From contig KV454011.1 of the NCBI GenBank assembly GCA_001661245.1, positions 1,022,426 to 1,072,412 on the forward strand: DNA of 49,987 nucleotides. Reading direction: 5' to 3'. The translations under genes were made by a program, and so were the position numbers. The notes beneath the pieces were generated by a model. That model searched no databases. It was not told the origin of the DNA and was given only the letters and a program-made list of their open reading frames with translations. Origin of the DNA: Pachysolen tannophilus NRRL Y-2460 (lineage: Eukaryota). Shown here piece by piece: positions 34,692-45,047 of the stretch. Numbering within the stretch: position 1 is the stretch's first letter; each line of letters starts with the position of its first letter.

Positions 34692-35639
34692 TTATTCTTG
34701 TGGAGGGACGTAATCTTTTGCTCTTTCCAGTTCTCTTTCGTGTTGTTTCTGTTGTTGTTTTTCTCTCTTTTCGTGGAGTTTCCGCAGTTCTTTTTCTCTC
34801 TTACCGAGGAAGTATTCACCACTTTCGATTTGAAGATCAATTTTACGAGGAGTTTGTTGTGGTGGGAAAGGTGTATATACTTTCTTTTCCTTTTTAATTT
34901 TCTTATTTTCTTGGTCGAGTACTTGTTTTGGCTTCTTACGTGCAACGTTTCTTTTCCTAAACATTGGAAGAAATCTACTCCAATCTTCTTGAGCCAATTC
35001 TGGTTTTTTCGCTAATTCTCTCTTTATCATTAACTCTTTAATATGATATATTGGATGCACATTCTTCATACAATCTTCTACTACTCTTCTTACTTCTTTA
35101 AGTCCTTTAAATGGACCCATGGCACTTACTGTATTTCCTTGTACAAGTACATAACATTTTGTTAATAATTCCAATGCTTTTAAAGTATTACCATTTGGTC
35201 CAACTAATCTTTGTCTTCTCTTAACAAACCTATCCTTATTTGAAACAAAGTTACCAATTTTTATAACATCACAAGCAATATCATCTTGAAGAATCTTTAT
35301 TGCTTGAGGTAATGGTACCGATCTTGCTAATAATTTAATCAAATCTCTAGCTTTTAAAATAGCAGCAGGATCAAATGTCTTTCTCGTTGTCTTAACAGTC
35401 ATCGAACCTTCAACCAAATTAAGCTCACACGCAATGTGATGCTTATCCAAGCTTCTAGTGACATCGTTCCAAACTTGTTTAAGATATGTTTCTCTATATT
35501 TTGGAAATAATGTCATAAAAGAAGATTCTTCAGCAAAAGGTTGACCAGATGCATTATCTTCTTCTTTAAAATCATCAATCTTCCACTTATTAATATCTTC
35601 AGTATCCCATGGCTTATCACGGTTATGAGTAGATGGCAT
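34692..35639 (-). CDS. KRR1: KH-domain 90S pre-ribosome factor Krr1 (315 aa)
   Basis: [53 protein letters not shown] at 35639. Confidence 0.98.
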   Translation of the reverse strand: MPSTHNRDKPWDTEDINKWKIDDFKEEDNASGQPFAEESSFMTLFPKYRETYLKQVWNDVTRSLDKHHIACELNLVEGSMTVKTTRKTFDPAAILKARDLIKLLARSVPLPQAIKILQDDIACDVIKIGNFVSNKDRFVKRRQRLVGPNGNTLKALELLTKCYVLVQGNTVSAMGPFKGLKEVRRVVEDCMKNVHPIYHIKELMIKRELAKKPELAQEDWSRFLPMFRKRNVARKKPKQVLDQENKKIKKEKKVYTPFPPQQTPRKIDLQIESGEYFLGKREKELRKLHEKREKQQQKQHERELERAKDYVPPQE

Positions 35640-35833
35640 GTTCACTTGATAAAAACTCTTTCGACTTGAATTTTATTGATTATAATTTCTTTAAAAATAA
35701 AAAAATTTTTTTACAAATTCTACTAAATAAAAAAAAAAATTTTTTAATTTTTTTATATATAAATTGAATGCATTAATAGTATATACAAAATTACAATATA
35801 TATATATATATGTATATATATCGGAAAAAGGTA

Positions 35834-36193
35834 ATGACAAAATCAATTTCAAATGATTCAAAGAAAGTAATGAGGAAAAGAGCTAAAGTGAAGGTGTCTT
35901 CAAAGATAAAAAAAAATCAAAAGTTGTCTAATCAAAAAATAAAATCATCAAAACATATGTTAGAAAAATTAAATAATTTAACTTCTATAGATGATGTTAA
36001 TAAGATAACATCATTGGCAAATACTTTTAGTGAGAGTGAGACAAGTCAAAATGAAAAGGAAAAGGCTTTTGATAATTTGGATAAGCATCGTGAAAGTGAT
36101 CTGAAATTGCAAAGGGAAAAATCAGATAAGGATGAAATGATGGAAAAGGATATTTTAAAACAATTGGAAATTATTGGTGGATTTAATTTATAA
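35834..36193 (+). CDS. ADF1: Adf1-like small basic protein (about 119 aa)
   Basis: Lys-rich N-terminus, LEKLN, and C-terminal DILKQLEIIGGFNL, which matches the Adf1 C-terminus as I recall it; divergent from KRR1 as in S. cerevisiae. Confidence 0.8.
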   Translation: MTKSISNDSKKVMRKRAKVKVSSKIKKNQKLSNQKIKSSKHMLEKLNNLTSIDDVNKITSLANTFSESETSQNEKEKAFDNLDKHRESDLKLQREKSDKDEMMEKDILKQLEIIGGFNL

Positions 36194-36240
36194 TATAAAT
36201 AATTTAATTGAAATGGATTATTTTTATTTTTATTTTTAAA

Positions 36241-38295
36241 TCAGTTGTTTAATTTTTTTTTTGAAGATTTTTTGGACCACCAAAACTTGAACAAAACTAA
36301 AGTTATTGCTATTACAACTTGTAGGATCCAAATTGAAAATAAGCAAACAGAAATATAGAGTTCATATAATAGTGATTTCCTATATTGTGATAATAACATT
36401 TCAAGAGTTTCTTCTAACAAATTTTTCGAATCGGTTATCAATATACTTGCAGTAGAAGTTGTATTATCATTATCATTATCAGAAGAAGAAAATGTATTTA
36501 ATGCATCCAACAAAAATTCACTACTTACATTTGGAAATGTAATTTGACTATGATCATAAACCCATGTTAATGATTCTTCAACTTTGTATAATTTATCCTC
36601 AATGACACATGAAACCACATCTTTTACTGGGTCATATAAAGGAGTACCGTTGAAAATGTCAGTTATTGCATCATTCATCTTGGTAATAAATCCTTCAACC
36701 GTTGAGTTAATAGCCAATGTACTTTCTTCAACCCAGCCAAATAAATTATCATTGATGGATTCTTGCAGTTGATAAATATATTCATTAGTAGCGAGTGTCC
36801 AATTTGCAATTGAAACATCAATTTCTTTATCAATAGAAGACGAAATTTTTTGGAAATCTTCTCTTAAAATTTTGAAGCTATAGATCAATATAGTAAGAAT
36901 GATATATTCTAATAAAACAGTTAACATTCCTCCTAAAGATACAGAGAGAATGGTTAAAGCGTTTCTAGTAGTGACAAAAGATACAATCCATCGCACAGCT
37001 GCTTGTTTTTCAGTGTATTCATCTGAGAACATCATCTGAGATAATAAAATTCCAATTCGAGACGAATATCTGCTATAATTTCTCTCTATTACTTCTAAAT
37101 AATCTACTGATTGTGCTTCACTTTGATGTTTTGAACCCAGTTTTCCATAATCATCAACATCTTCTTTATTTTTAATTTCACTCAACTGTTCTAATTCCAC
37201 AACCATTTTCCGTAATCTTGTCCAATGTAAAATTTCAGACCATGCAAGAGGCACTATAATTAGTAATGAACAAATAATTAATAATATTAGCATTGTCTTT
37301 GTCACAAATTCAATTTTGTTATTCAAATCAGAGTAAAATTGAGTTATATTTGTCGACTTTGAGCAAGTATCTGTGGTGATTAATCCAGGTACTGCTAATA
37401 ACAACTCGGTCTCAGTATCATTATCAATTAATGAACTTGATAGAATTTTTTGTTCTAATTCTTGGAAAGGAATACTAATTAAAGATTCAGTATAATTTTT
37501 AACTTGACTAAAATCTGGAACATTATTTTCTAATTCAGTTAATTTTTCATTTATACTAGGGGAAATTTCCCAATTTGTTAAAGACTCAATTGAAAGATAA
37601 ATTTTTGCAAAAGTTTTATTAATACTTGTATCATTATCATCACCGAAAAAACTTTCAACTTTATCAGCTACTGATAAGACATCATCAATAATTGAATTTA
37701 AATCGCTCAAATTTTTTTCCAAATCCGAGGCAAGATCTACCATTGTATCGTTTGCTAAATCAATTACTACTTCAGTTGCATTTAAGGCAACTTCAGCACC
37801 AGTATCAATTGCTGCTGTTAAAAGACATGCATAAGTCCCCACTGTAACATCAAGCATGAATATTATTATTTCTTCAACACCTATTACAACATAACTTAAT
37901 CCTTTCCGAAGTCCATTTTCCGAATCTTGAATAGTTTTTAAAATAATTTGATTTGACAGTTTAGCCATATAATGAGGTAAGGATGATACTATTGAAGAAA
38001 ATTGATCAATTGAAGAACATGTAGAAATAGTATGAATTTCTGCTATTTGTAAAGCAGAAACTAATGATTTTTTATAAAAAATTAATTTAAGAATAATTAA
38101 AACCAATAAAAGTGACCATTTATTAAGCCATACTTGAGATAATCTATCCCATATTTGTAAATATGGTTTGGGTATAAATATATAAGGTTCTTGTTCTTTT
38201 TTATAATGATGATAATAATAATACCTATTAACATCCAATTTATAATAAACACTGGGGTTTCTATTTTTTTGAAAAAATTCACCAAATAAATTCAT
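36241..38295 (-). CDS. PRM1: Pheromone-regulated plasma-membrane fusion protein Prm1
   Basis: PYLQIWDRLSQVWLNKWSLLLVL, SSLPHYMA, GTYACLL, INDNLFGWV, VVSCVI; multiple TM segments. Confidence 0.95.
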   Translation of the reverse strand: MNLFGEFFQKNRNPSVYYKLDVNRYYYYHHYKKEQEPYIFIPKPYLQIWDRLSQVWLNKWSLLLVLIILKLIFYKKSLVSALQIAEIHTISTCSSIDQFSSIVSSLPHYMAKLSNQIILKTIQDSENGLRKGLSYVVIGVEEIIIFMLDVTVGTYACLLTAAIDTGAEVALNATEVVIDLANDTMVDLASDLEKNLSDLNSIIDDVLSVADKVESFFGDDNDTSINKTFAKIYLSIESLTNWEISPSINEKLTELENNVPDFSQVKNYTESLISIPFQELEQKILSSSLIDNDTETELLLAVPGLITTDTCSKSTNITQFYSDLNNKIEFVTKTMLILLIICSLLIIVPLAWSEILHWTRLRKMVVELEQLSEIKNKEDVDDYGKLGSKHQSEAQSVDYLEVIERNYSRYSSRIGILLSQMMFSDEYTEKQAAVRWIVSFVTTRNALTILSVSLGGMLTVLLEYIILTILIYSFKILREDFQKISSSIDKEIDVSIANWTLATNEYIYQLQESINDNLFGWVEESTLAINSTVEGFITKMNDAITDIFNGTPLYDPVKDVVSCVIEDKLYKVEESLTWVYDHSQITFPNVSSEFLLDALNTFSSSDNDNDNTTSTASILITDSKNLLEETLEMLLSQYRKSLLYELYISVCLFSIWILQVVIAITLVLFKFWWSKKSSKKKLNN

Positions 38296-38362
38296 CCTGT
38301 TAAATTAACAGTACCCATATCACTTGATCAAACTTTCATCTCATCTTTTATACTTTATCCAA

Positions 38363-38403
38363 TGTTTCAAAAAACTACAAGTTCTTACTTCATAATTGTT
38401 TCA
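38363..38403 (-). promoter_or_regulatory. Two Ste12 pheromone response elements (TGAAACA) upstream of PRM1
   Basis: TGTTTCA on + at 38363-38369 and 38397-38403, 68-108 nt upstream of the PRM1 ATG. Confidence 0.8.
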
Positions 38404-38670
38404 TAATAATAATAATACCTTCTTATTATTAACTAATTAACATTAACCTATAATTAGGGCTGTATGTATATAATACATATATTTCAAATCACGTACATAA
38501 ATAATAGCTATAGGATATTATAATTGATTTATCCATAAAATATTTATTTATACACACATAAACTATTGCAATTAATTTTTTTAATTGACCATGCGACCCC
38601 TTTTAATGCAATGAAATTCAACTTAATTGAACTTATCTTTATTAAGTTGTTTAGTATTAAAACCTAAAAC

Positions 38671-38991
38671 TTAAAGTGAAGTACCTGATGAAACTGAAGA
38701 GCGCGCTTTCCCAGTACCTGCTTTTGGAGGGAAATTTGTATCAAACTCATCATCAATATGTCTACATGAACACCATAAATCTTGTGAAGTATTTTCCATA
38801 ACATTCAGGATGTGCTTACCACACCCAGTCCATGACTTTTTATCTACATCATAGTGAAAAATGCAATTTTACAAGTTAGTATTAAGAGTTTCAGACAACA
38901 AAGGCTGTTTTGTTCTTGAACTTGAACTTGATCTTGAACTTGTTTCCCGTATATACATACTGCAAATAGGACAGATAGCTGTATTACACAT
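38671..38991 (-). CDS. Small Cys-rich protein, two exons (38991-38961, 38843-38671), 67 aa
   Basis: Not in the ORF track. Intron 38960-38844 has perfect GTATGT, TACTAAC (38881-38875) and TAG. Spliced product: MCNTAICPICNKKSWTGCGKHI[CTG]NVMENTSQDLWCSCRHIDDEFDTNFPPKAGTGKARSSVSSGTSL. Confidence 0.9.
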
Positions 38992-39707
38992 AATAAATCT
39001 ACCGCTGTTGATCAAAAAGAGAAAATATGAAAATATGAAAATAAAAAGTAAAAAAAAAAAGGTTTTAAAAATATAAATAAATCAATATTAAATATAATAG
39101 ACCTTTGTTACGGTATTTATATTATTTTTGGTGGGGGAAAAAGCAATGACTTGATTATTCCTATTCCGAGATCTAAATTCGCATCAAAATGATCGAGAAA
39201 ATAAGAAATTGAGAAATTAAGAAAGAAAAACAAAAAAAAATCCGGGGAAAAGCAAATGACGTAATAAAAGACGATGATCGAGTTCGAGAAAGCGGGATTT
39301 ATTCCGGGTCTTTTGACATATATATAAATAGAGATATAAAGATATAAAGATAGAAGATTATTATTTAATAAATTTTGTTATTATCAATTTATCTTTAATT
39401 CAATGGCGGGTTATTTAAATTTTTCTATATAAATCCAAAACTTGTAATATCTTACTTTCCAAACAGAAAACATTTGATTTTTCTTAATAAAAAAAAAAAA
39501 AAAGCAAAAAAAAAAAAAGACAAAATGGAATATTTGGATCACGAGGGAGTAATCTTCAATTTCCAACTCTTTGTTTTTCTTTTTATTTATTTATTTTTTT
39601 AATTTTGATTTCGTATCTATAAGATAAAAACTATTTGTATGCCTAATTTTCTATTCTATGCCACATAAAGATTTTTTTTGATTGGGGGGTTTAACTTTTT
39701 TTTTTTC

Positions 39708-40574
39708 TTATGAACTTGCTGGAATACCTTCAATGATAACATCTGAATCCTCACTGCTATTGATCACAAATGTGACATTGCTTGGAGTTGATTCTGAGGC
39801 AGGAACAGTTGCTGCTGCTGCTACAGGAGCTGCTACAGGAGCTGGAGCTGGAGCTTTATTTTCTTCTTCTTGTTCTTCGGTAATGGTGGCTGTCTTTTTT
39901 GGTATATAAGTAGGACCACGGGTTTCTGTAATATCACCAAATCCCCATTGTGTCAACATTGAAATAAAAGCAGTACTTAATGCAACTTCTCTATCAATCT
40001 TTGCTTCATCTAAAACCATTTCAAAATCAAATTTCCATTGTCTCATCAATTTAACTTTGGCTAATCTTTCATGTATTTCTTCATCACCACCTTTTGGATT
40101 AATGATTTTTTCTAAAAATTTTGAACCTCTAGTCCAAGAATATTTGGCTCCATCATTTAAATAAAATGATCTGGTTCTACCAGTAGTTAATCCAGATTCA
40201 TTAGTGATAGCACGATGTTGAAGCCCTTGCTTATTATGGAAATCGATTGCTCTTAAAAAGAAACCAGCTCTTATAGTTGCAACTGCTCTTCTTGAAGGGA
40301 AAGCATACATGGACCAAACTGGATTTAAAGGACTCTTACGTTCAATAGTATATACTTTCTCACCATCGCCATTGAATACATTGACGACTTTCTGTCTATC
40401 AGCTCTTTCTCTACGAATGTAATAAACTGATGTTGGATTGGATAATGGAACAATATTTGCATCAGATGTATGGAAATCTAAAAAATCTTTTAAATATAAA
40501 TGTTCCATCATATATGTACAAATTGTAATACCTGTACTCCAAGCGTAAACAGCTGGTGCTTCAAAAATTGGCAT
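39708..40574 (-). CDS. Uncharacterised 288-aa protein, beta-rich core with an Ala/Pro-rich tail
   Basis: Clean ORF with globular composition; the VVNVFNGDGEKVYTIERK...VATIRAGFF pattern is reminiscent of tubby-C/LURP/scramblase folds (inference). Confidence 0.85.
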   Translation of the reverse strand: MPIFEAPAVYAWSTGITICTYMMEHLYLKDFLDFHTSDANIVPLSNPTSVYYIRRERADRQKVVNVFNGDGEKVYTIERKSPLNPVWSMYAFPSRRAVATIRAGFFLRAIDFHNKQGLQHRAITNESGLTTGRTRSFYLNDGAKYSWTRGSKFLEKIINPKGGDEEIHERLAKVKLMRQWKFDFEMVLDEAKIDREVALSTAFISMLTQWGFGDITETRGPTYIPKKTATITEEQEEENKAPAPAPVAAPVAAAATVPASESTPSNVTFVINSSEDSDVIIEGIPASS

Positions 40575-41284
40575 CTTGAATTATTTGCTAGCAATGATAG
40601 CACTGAGCAATGCAAAACAAAACAAAAAAAAAAAAGAGAGAAGCTGGATCGAAAAGAGTTGGAAAGAGCAACAACTATCAATAAATCAAAAGAAAGAAGG
40701 AAAGGAAAGAAAAGAAAAAGGGGGAAAAAAAACACAAGATTATATAAATGGTATATATTTGAAAAGAGAAAAGACAAAACTCAAACACTCGATTGAAAGC
40801 ATAAAAGTCCAAAAAAAAACAACTAAAACTTGCCAAGGGGTGGGGGCCAAGAGAAAGAAAAGAAAGAGGGAAAGATACAGAACCCCCACCATGGTGGCAA
40901 CAAGCAAACAACCATTACACCATGCTCTTCAACTTCAACTTCAACTTCAATCGAGTCTGTGATTGTTACACAAAAGACTTTGAACACACAGATCTGCAAG
41001 AATATGCAAATACTGTTCTTCCCCCAAATACAATTTCCTAAAAGAGTAAGAGATGAAATATTAAATATGAAAAGTTGATGATGTTCATCCAGTTCACCTT
41101 TGATTTGCTAGTTGAGTTGAGTTGTGTTTTTTTATTCTTTGTATATTTTAAGGAAGAGATATGATTTATGATAGTGATTGTAGAATGTAGTGGTTAAGTT
41201 TTGGTTCCGAAAAGTTTATTTATATACGGTTTTTTTTAAATTAAAAATATTATATATATATATATATATATAGGAACAGAATTT

Positions 41285-42019
41285 TCAAAGAATATCCCAA
41301 GCATCTTCACAACCATGACAAAACTTACTACAAGCAACAGAAGCTGATAATGGGTAGTTTGAAACACCGATTTTTTCATCAACGTATTCGTCTGCGAAAT
41401 TATCAGGACCTTTTGCCATAGAACCTACAAATACACAAATACTTTCATCTTCATCTAATGTTTCAACATAATCTCTTACTCTTTGTACTTTAGCATCAAA
41501 TGAAAGTGTTATCTTTCTACATTTTGTTGGTAAATGGTCTGTGATTGGATTCTTGATAACTTTTAACAATTTCTCTTCGGAATTTACCGACCGGATGGAC
41601 AACTTGTGCAAAAGCTGTACCATTAACCCAGAAAATCTCTTGAATGTTCTTGGAATACGAACACTTGGATTCACTTCTATAAGTACACCTCTTGCTGTTT
41701 GAATATATACTTGTAATTTACCAGCTTTGTTAATAGGTGAATCCAATAAAGTTAAAAGACACTGATGAGTAATATCCGGTCTAGCCTCTGAAATATCTCT
41801 CCCCATCTTCCGCAATAACCCTTGATGATCATCACAATTCAACAAGGCATATTTATCTCCACCCGGACCACTTGTACTGATTTTATGTGTCTCTAAACAT
41901 GCATGGGATAATACTACAATTAACCTTTTAGTTGTTTTGTCCTTTGAACTTAATGGAACTGGCTGTACAGGAATTAATGAAGCTTCTGGCACAGAAGGTT
42001 TGGACTTCTTGGATGACAT
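41285..42019 (-). CDS. EMG1: 18S rRNA pseudouridine N1-methyltransferase Nep1/Emg1
   Basis: [53 protein letters not shown]. Confidence 0.98.
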   Translation of the reverse strand: MSSKKSKPSVPEASLIPVQPVPLSSKDKTTKRLIVVLSHACLETHKISTSGPGGDKYALLNCDDHQGLLRKMGRDISEARPDITHQCLLTLLDSPINKAGKLQVYIQTARGVLIEVNPSVRIPRTFKRFSGLMVQLLHKLSIRSVNSEEKLLKVIKNPITDHLPTKCRKITLSFDAKVQRVRDYVETLDEDESICVFVGSMAKGPDNFADEYVDEKIGVSNYPLSASVACSKFCHGCEDAWDIL

Positions 42020-42110
42020 AATATCTATATTCTTTCTTTCCTTTATTTGATCACAGTATCAATGAATTAATTAAACTTGATCTTTTAAAAATTATTTAAA
42101 TTTTAAAAAC

Positions 42111-42120
42111 TGAAAAATTT
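42111..42120. promoter_or_regulatory. RRPE element (TGAAAAATTT) upstream of EMG1
   Basis: Exact consensus about 90 nt upstream of a ribosome-biogenesis gene. Confidence 0.65.
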
Positions 42121-42473
42121 TTTTAATTTTTCTTTTTTAAATACAAAATTTAAATAAAAAATTAAAAAAAAACCAAAAAAAAAAAAACAAAAACAAAACA
42201 AAACGAAACCGAAACCAAAATATTAATAAAAAATACAATTTATTGAAGGCGAAGAAGAAGAAGAAGAAGAAGACAAGCTAATTTCAGCTGAGATGTTGGT
42301 ATAATAGATGATAGAGGGAAAGAAATTAAGAGGTGAAAGCTGATTTAGGGAAACCAAATTCTAAAATTGCCAAGTATATATATATACATATATATATTTA
42401 TGCGTGCGTGTGTGTGTGTGTATATTGAAAACACTTTGAAATAGTTCTTCTTTTGATCTAATTTTTAATTGTC

Positions 42474-44888
42474 ATGTCTTCAGGAAGTGATTCTTTTGAT
42501 GATGACGACGATGATGTGTTTATCGCTTTGACTGCTAGGCATTCGGAAAAACAGACCCAAAATCATTCACAATTCCAACAACAAAGTGATGAATCAGGAT
42601 TGGTACTTCCTCCTCCTATGACTATTGAAGATGATAGTCAATTATTAGCTGTTCAAGGAGAAAATTCAATATTGAGGGCCAAACTTGAGGAATTGGAGAG
42701 GGCAAAGAACCTGGATTTGAAAAAACTGAGGGATAGGTATAATGCAGAAATTAATGAAAAAAATTCTAGGATTCAACTGTATAAAGATGCAATTATTAGA
42801 ATAGAAGATGAGAAAAAATTTCTTTCTTCAGAGATTAAGAGCTTATCTACAAAATCGAATTTGAAAAAAAGGAAATTGAATACCCAGGGAGCTGTTTCAA
42901 TAGATACTCAGAGGCCATCGGTTCATAATGATGTCATAAGTACACTGAGCGAATTTTCACCCAAAAGAGATGTTATAATGATTGACAATGAACGAAAAGG
43001 AGTAGGAATAGGAGCAGAAACAAATGCAAATGCAAATACAGAAGAAGAAGAAATTAAGAAAACGCAACTGCAAACAAGGTTCACCCAAGAAGCTCCAAAA
43101 AATATTACAATTTTAAAACAAACTACTATAATACCAAATGAAAAAGAGCTCTTTATAGAAACTATCTGCAATCATGTAATAAACGGTGCTCCAAGGTCAA
43201 CATTAGACTATTTATTTAAAATATCATCTGAAATCGATTTTGAGCATGAGGGTTTTATTGTGATTCTGGGGAAGGATAATATCAAATCATTGATTATAGA
43301 TTATTTAATACAATATAACAAGAGTAATTTGAGGTTAGACAATTTATTGTCTGAATTCATAGAGGTTTTGACAGTTTACATCCAACGTTTACTATTGGCA
43401 TCATCATTTTTACCGGTACCTTTCTTATTAGCATTAGTCCATTGTGCATTGATTTATAGACCTGTTGCAATAAGTGGCGATATCATTGAACAACTATTGA
43501 CTTTCAATGCTGATTTGATGTCAAGCTATATATCCACTCTTAAACCTATCAGTGATAATGCTATAGATGGTAGTGATAGTAATTCTATTTCAACATTACA
43601 TCAAAAGTCTTACCAACTTATAGTCTTGGAAAGGTTTATTGCAACTTTTTCATTGGATATTGTTGAAGTATTATCACAATTAAGTCAATTTAATGGTGTT
43701 TCCTCGATTAAGAAATTTTCGACAAATTTCCCAAGAACAATGTTAATAGCAGGACTAGCATTGACGACGCCAATAAACTATGTATTTAACATGATTGAGA
43801 TATTAATCAATTCCACTTCAGAATGTACGTTTGCATACACTCATTTGCCAGAGCGAGAAAATGGCGGTGATGGTAATGATGGTGATTCTACTGTAACTTA
43901 CATCTCCGAAGATGATAACACTTTATTACTCACAATGACCAAGCTATTGATGGATGGTTTGCCGTTAAAGGAAGGATTTAGAATCTATGGTTTAAATCGT
44001 ATTATTGGTAATAATGATGATATCGAGTTGTTGGATGCCTTGGTTCCAAATGATGATGTATCTGATTTACCGTTATCAAATCTCATAACTCAAAAGCCGT
44101 TACCAATTTCATCTGACAAGTTTTCTTTTTCAAAAAACACTCTGCAAAATAAGATTTCCCATGAATTACATGCTTTAGATTTAAGATTACAAATTTTGAG
44201 ACAATTGGAATTATTAGTATTATATGATAATTTCCATTTGTTAAAAAGTGAAACTTTATTATCTATAATTAAAATTATAATTTATTTATTAGCTGGTCAA
44301 CAGGAATATATTATGCGAGTACCTCGATGTGAAACAATTCAAAATAGAATTTTGATTATAAATTCCGTGGTTAAAATAATACATTATATTTGGACAAATT
44401 CCGAATTATCTCAAAGGCTTTTAACAAGATTATCAAACGATGTTTCTTACGAGTTGCTATTATCATTTGCAAGGATATCTTTCAGCACAACAGATAATCT
44501 ATCATCATCTGCATCGGCAGCTTTAACCCAAATACGAGAATCAGGTTTCAAACACGCAGTTTATAATAAAAATTTAGAATTTAAAAATTATGAATTAAGC
44601 AATTTAAAAGAAAATTATATAATGTATTTAAACAAAAAATTCAATAACAATAGTGAAAAAGATGATGAAATGATAATTCAAGAATTAATAAAGACAAACA
44701 TGTTACCGAACGGTTTAGAATTTCCTTATGATGATGATGTTATTGAGATGGCCAGAGATGTGCTAGAAATTTACACAACAGCTGATGAAGCTGATAATTT
44801 ATATTTTTCAATGAACTATGTTCCGGAAACTAATGATATTGATGAATTGATGTTGGAATATGCAGATGGTAGAAATGGTCGTCACTAA
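42474..44888 (+). CDS. LCD1: Lcd1/Ddc2 (Rad26/ATRIP) Mec1 partner, 804 aa
   Basis: Acidic N-terminus SFDDDDDD, QGENSILRAKL coiled coil, LKKRK basic patch, helical C-terminus; convergent with RPL37 as LCD1 and RPL37B are in S. cerevisiae. Confidence 0.82.
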   Translation: MSSGSDSFDDDDDDVFIALTARHSEKQTQNHSQFQQQSDESGLVLPPPMTIEDDSQLLAVQGENSILRAKLEELERAKNLDLKKLRDRYNAEINEKNSRIQLYKDAIIRIEDEKKFLSSEIKSLSTKSNLKKRKLNTQGAVSIDTQRPSVHNDVISTLSEFSPKRDVIMIDNERKGVGIGAETNANANTEEEEIKKTQLQTRFTQEAPKNITILKQTTIIPNEKELFIETICNHVINGAPRSTLDYLFKISSEIDFEHEGFIVILGKDNIKSLIIDYLIQYNKSNLRLDNLLSEFIEVLTVYIQRLLLASSFLPVPFLLALVHCALIYRPVAISGDIIEQLLTFNADLMSSYISTLKPISDNAIDGSDSNSISTLHQKSYQLIVLERFIATFSLDIVEVLSQLSQFNGVSSIKKFSTNFPRTMLIAGLALTTPINYVFNMIEILINSTSECTFAYTHLPERENGGDGNDGDSTVTYISEDDNTLLLTMTKLLMDGLPLKEGFRIYGLNRIIGNNDDIELLDALVPNDDVSDLPLSNLITQKPLPISSDKFSFSKNTLQNKISHELHALDLRLQILRQLELLVLYDNFHLLKSETLLSIIKIIIYLLAGQQEYIMRVPRCETIQNRILIINSVVKIIHYIWTNSELSQRLLTRLSNDVSYELLLSFARISFSTTDNLSSSASAALTQIRESGFKHAVYNKNLEFKNYELSNLKENYIMYLNKKFNNNSEKDDEMIIQELIKTNMLPNGLEFPYDDDVIEMARDVLEIYTTADEADNLYFSMNYVPETNDIDELMLEYADGRNGRH

Positions 44889-45047
44889 ATAAATGTTTTC
44901 TCGATTCAAGGCTAGCTACAAGTATTATTATTATTCTTATTATTATTATTATTATTATTAGCTACAATAAGTTTTTTTCTTCTTTCTTTTTAAAAAAACG
45001 AAAACACTAATACATATTTTATATTCATATTATATTTAATATCTTAT

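Noticed and set aside
34595..34945. Alternative-frame ORF overlapping the KRR1 3' end, suggesting a programmed frameshift
   Set aside because: Krr1 already ends at normal family length; the extension has no recognisable features.
39270..39320. GTTCGAG B-box-like sequence suggesting a tRNA
   Set aside because: No cloverleaf, A-box or acceptor stem could be built.
1612..41078. Many 60-130 aa F/K/Y-rich ORFs in intergenic DNA and antisense ORFs inside real genes
   Set aside because: They are translations of poly(A)/poly(T)/TA tracts, often with TTG/GTG starts, or shadows of real CDSs.
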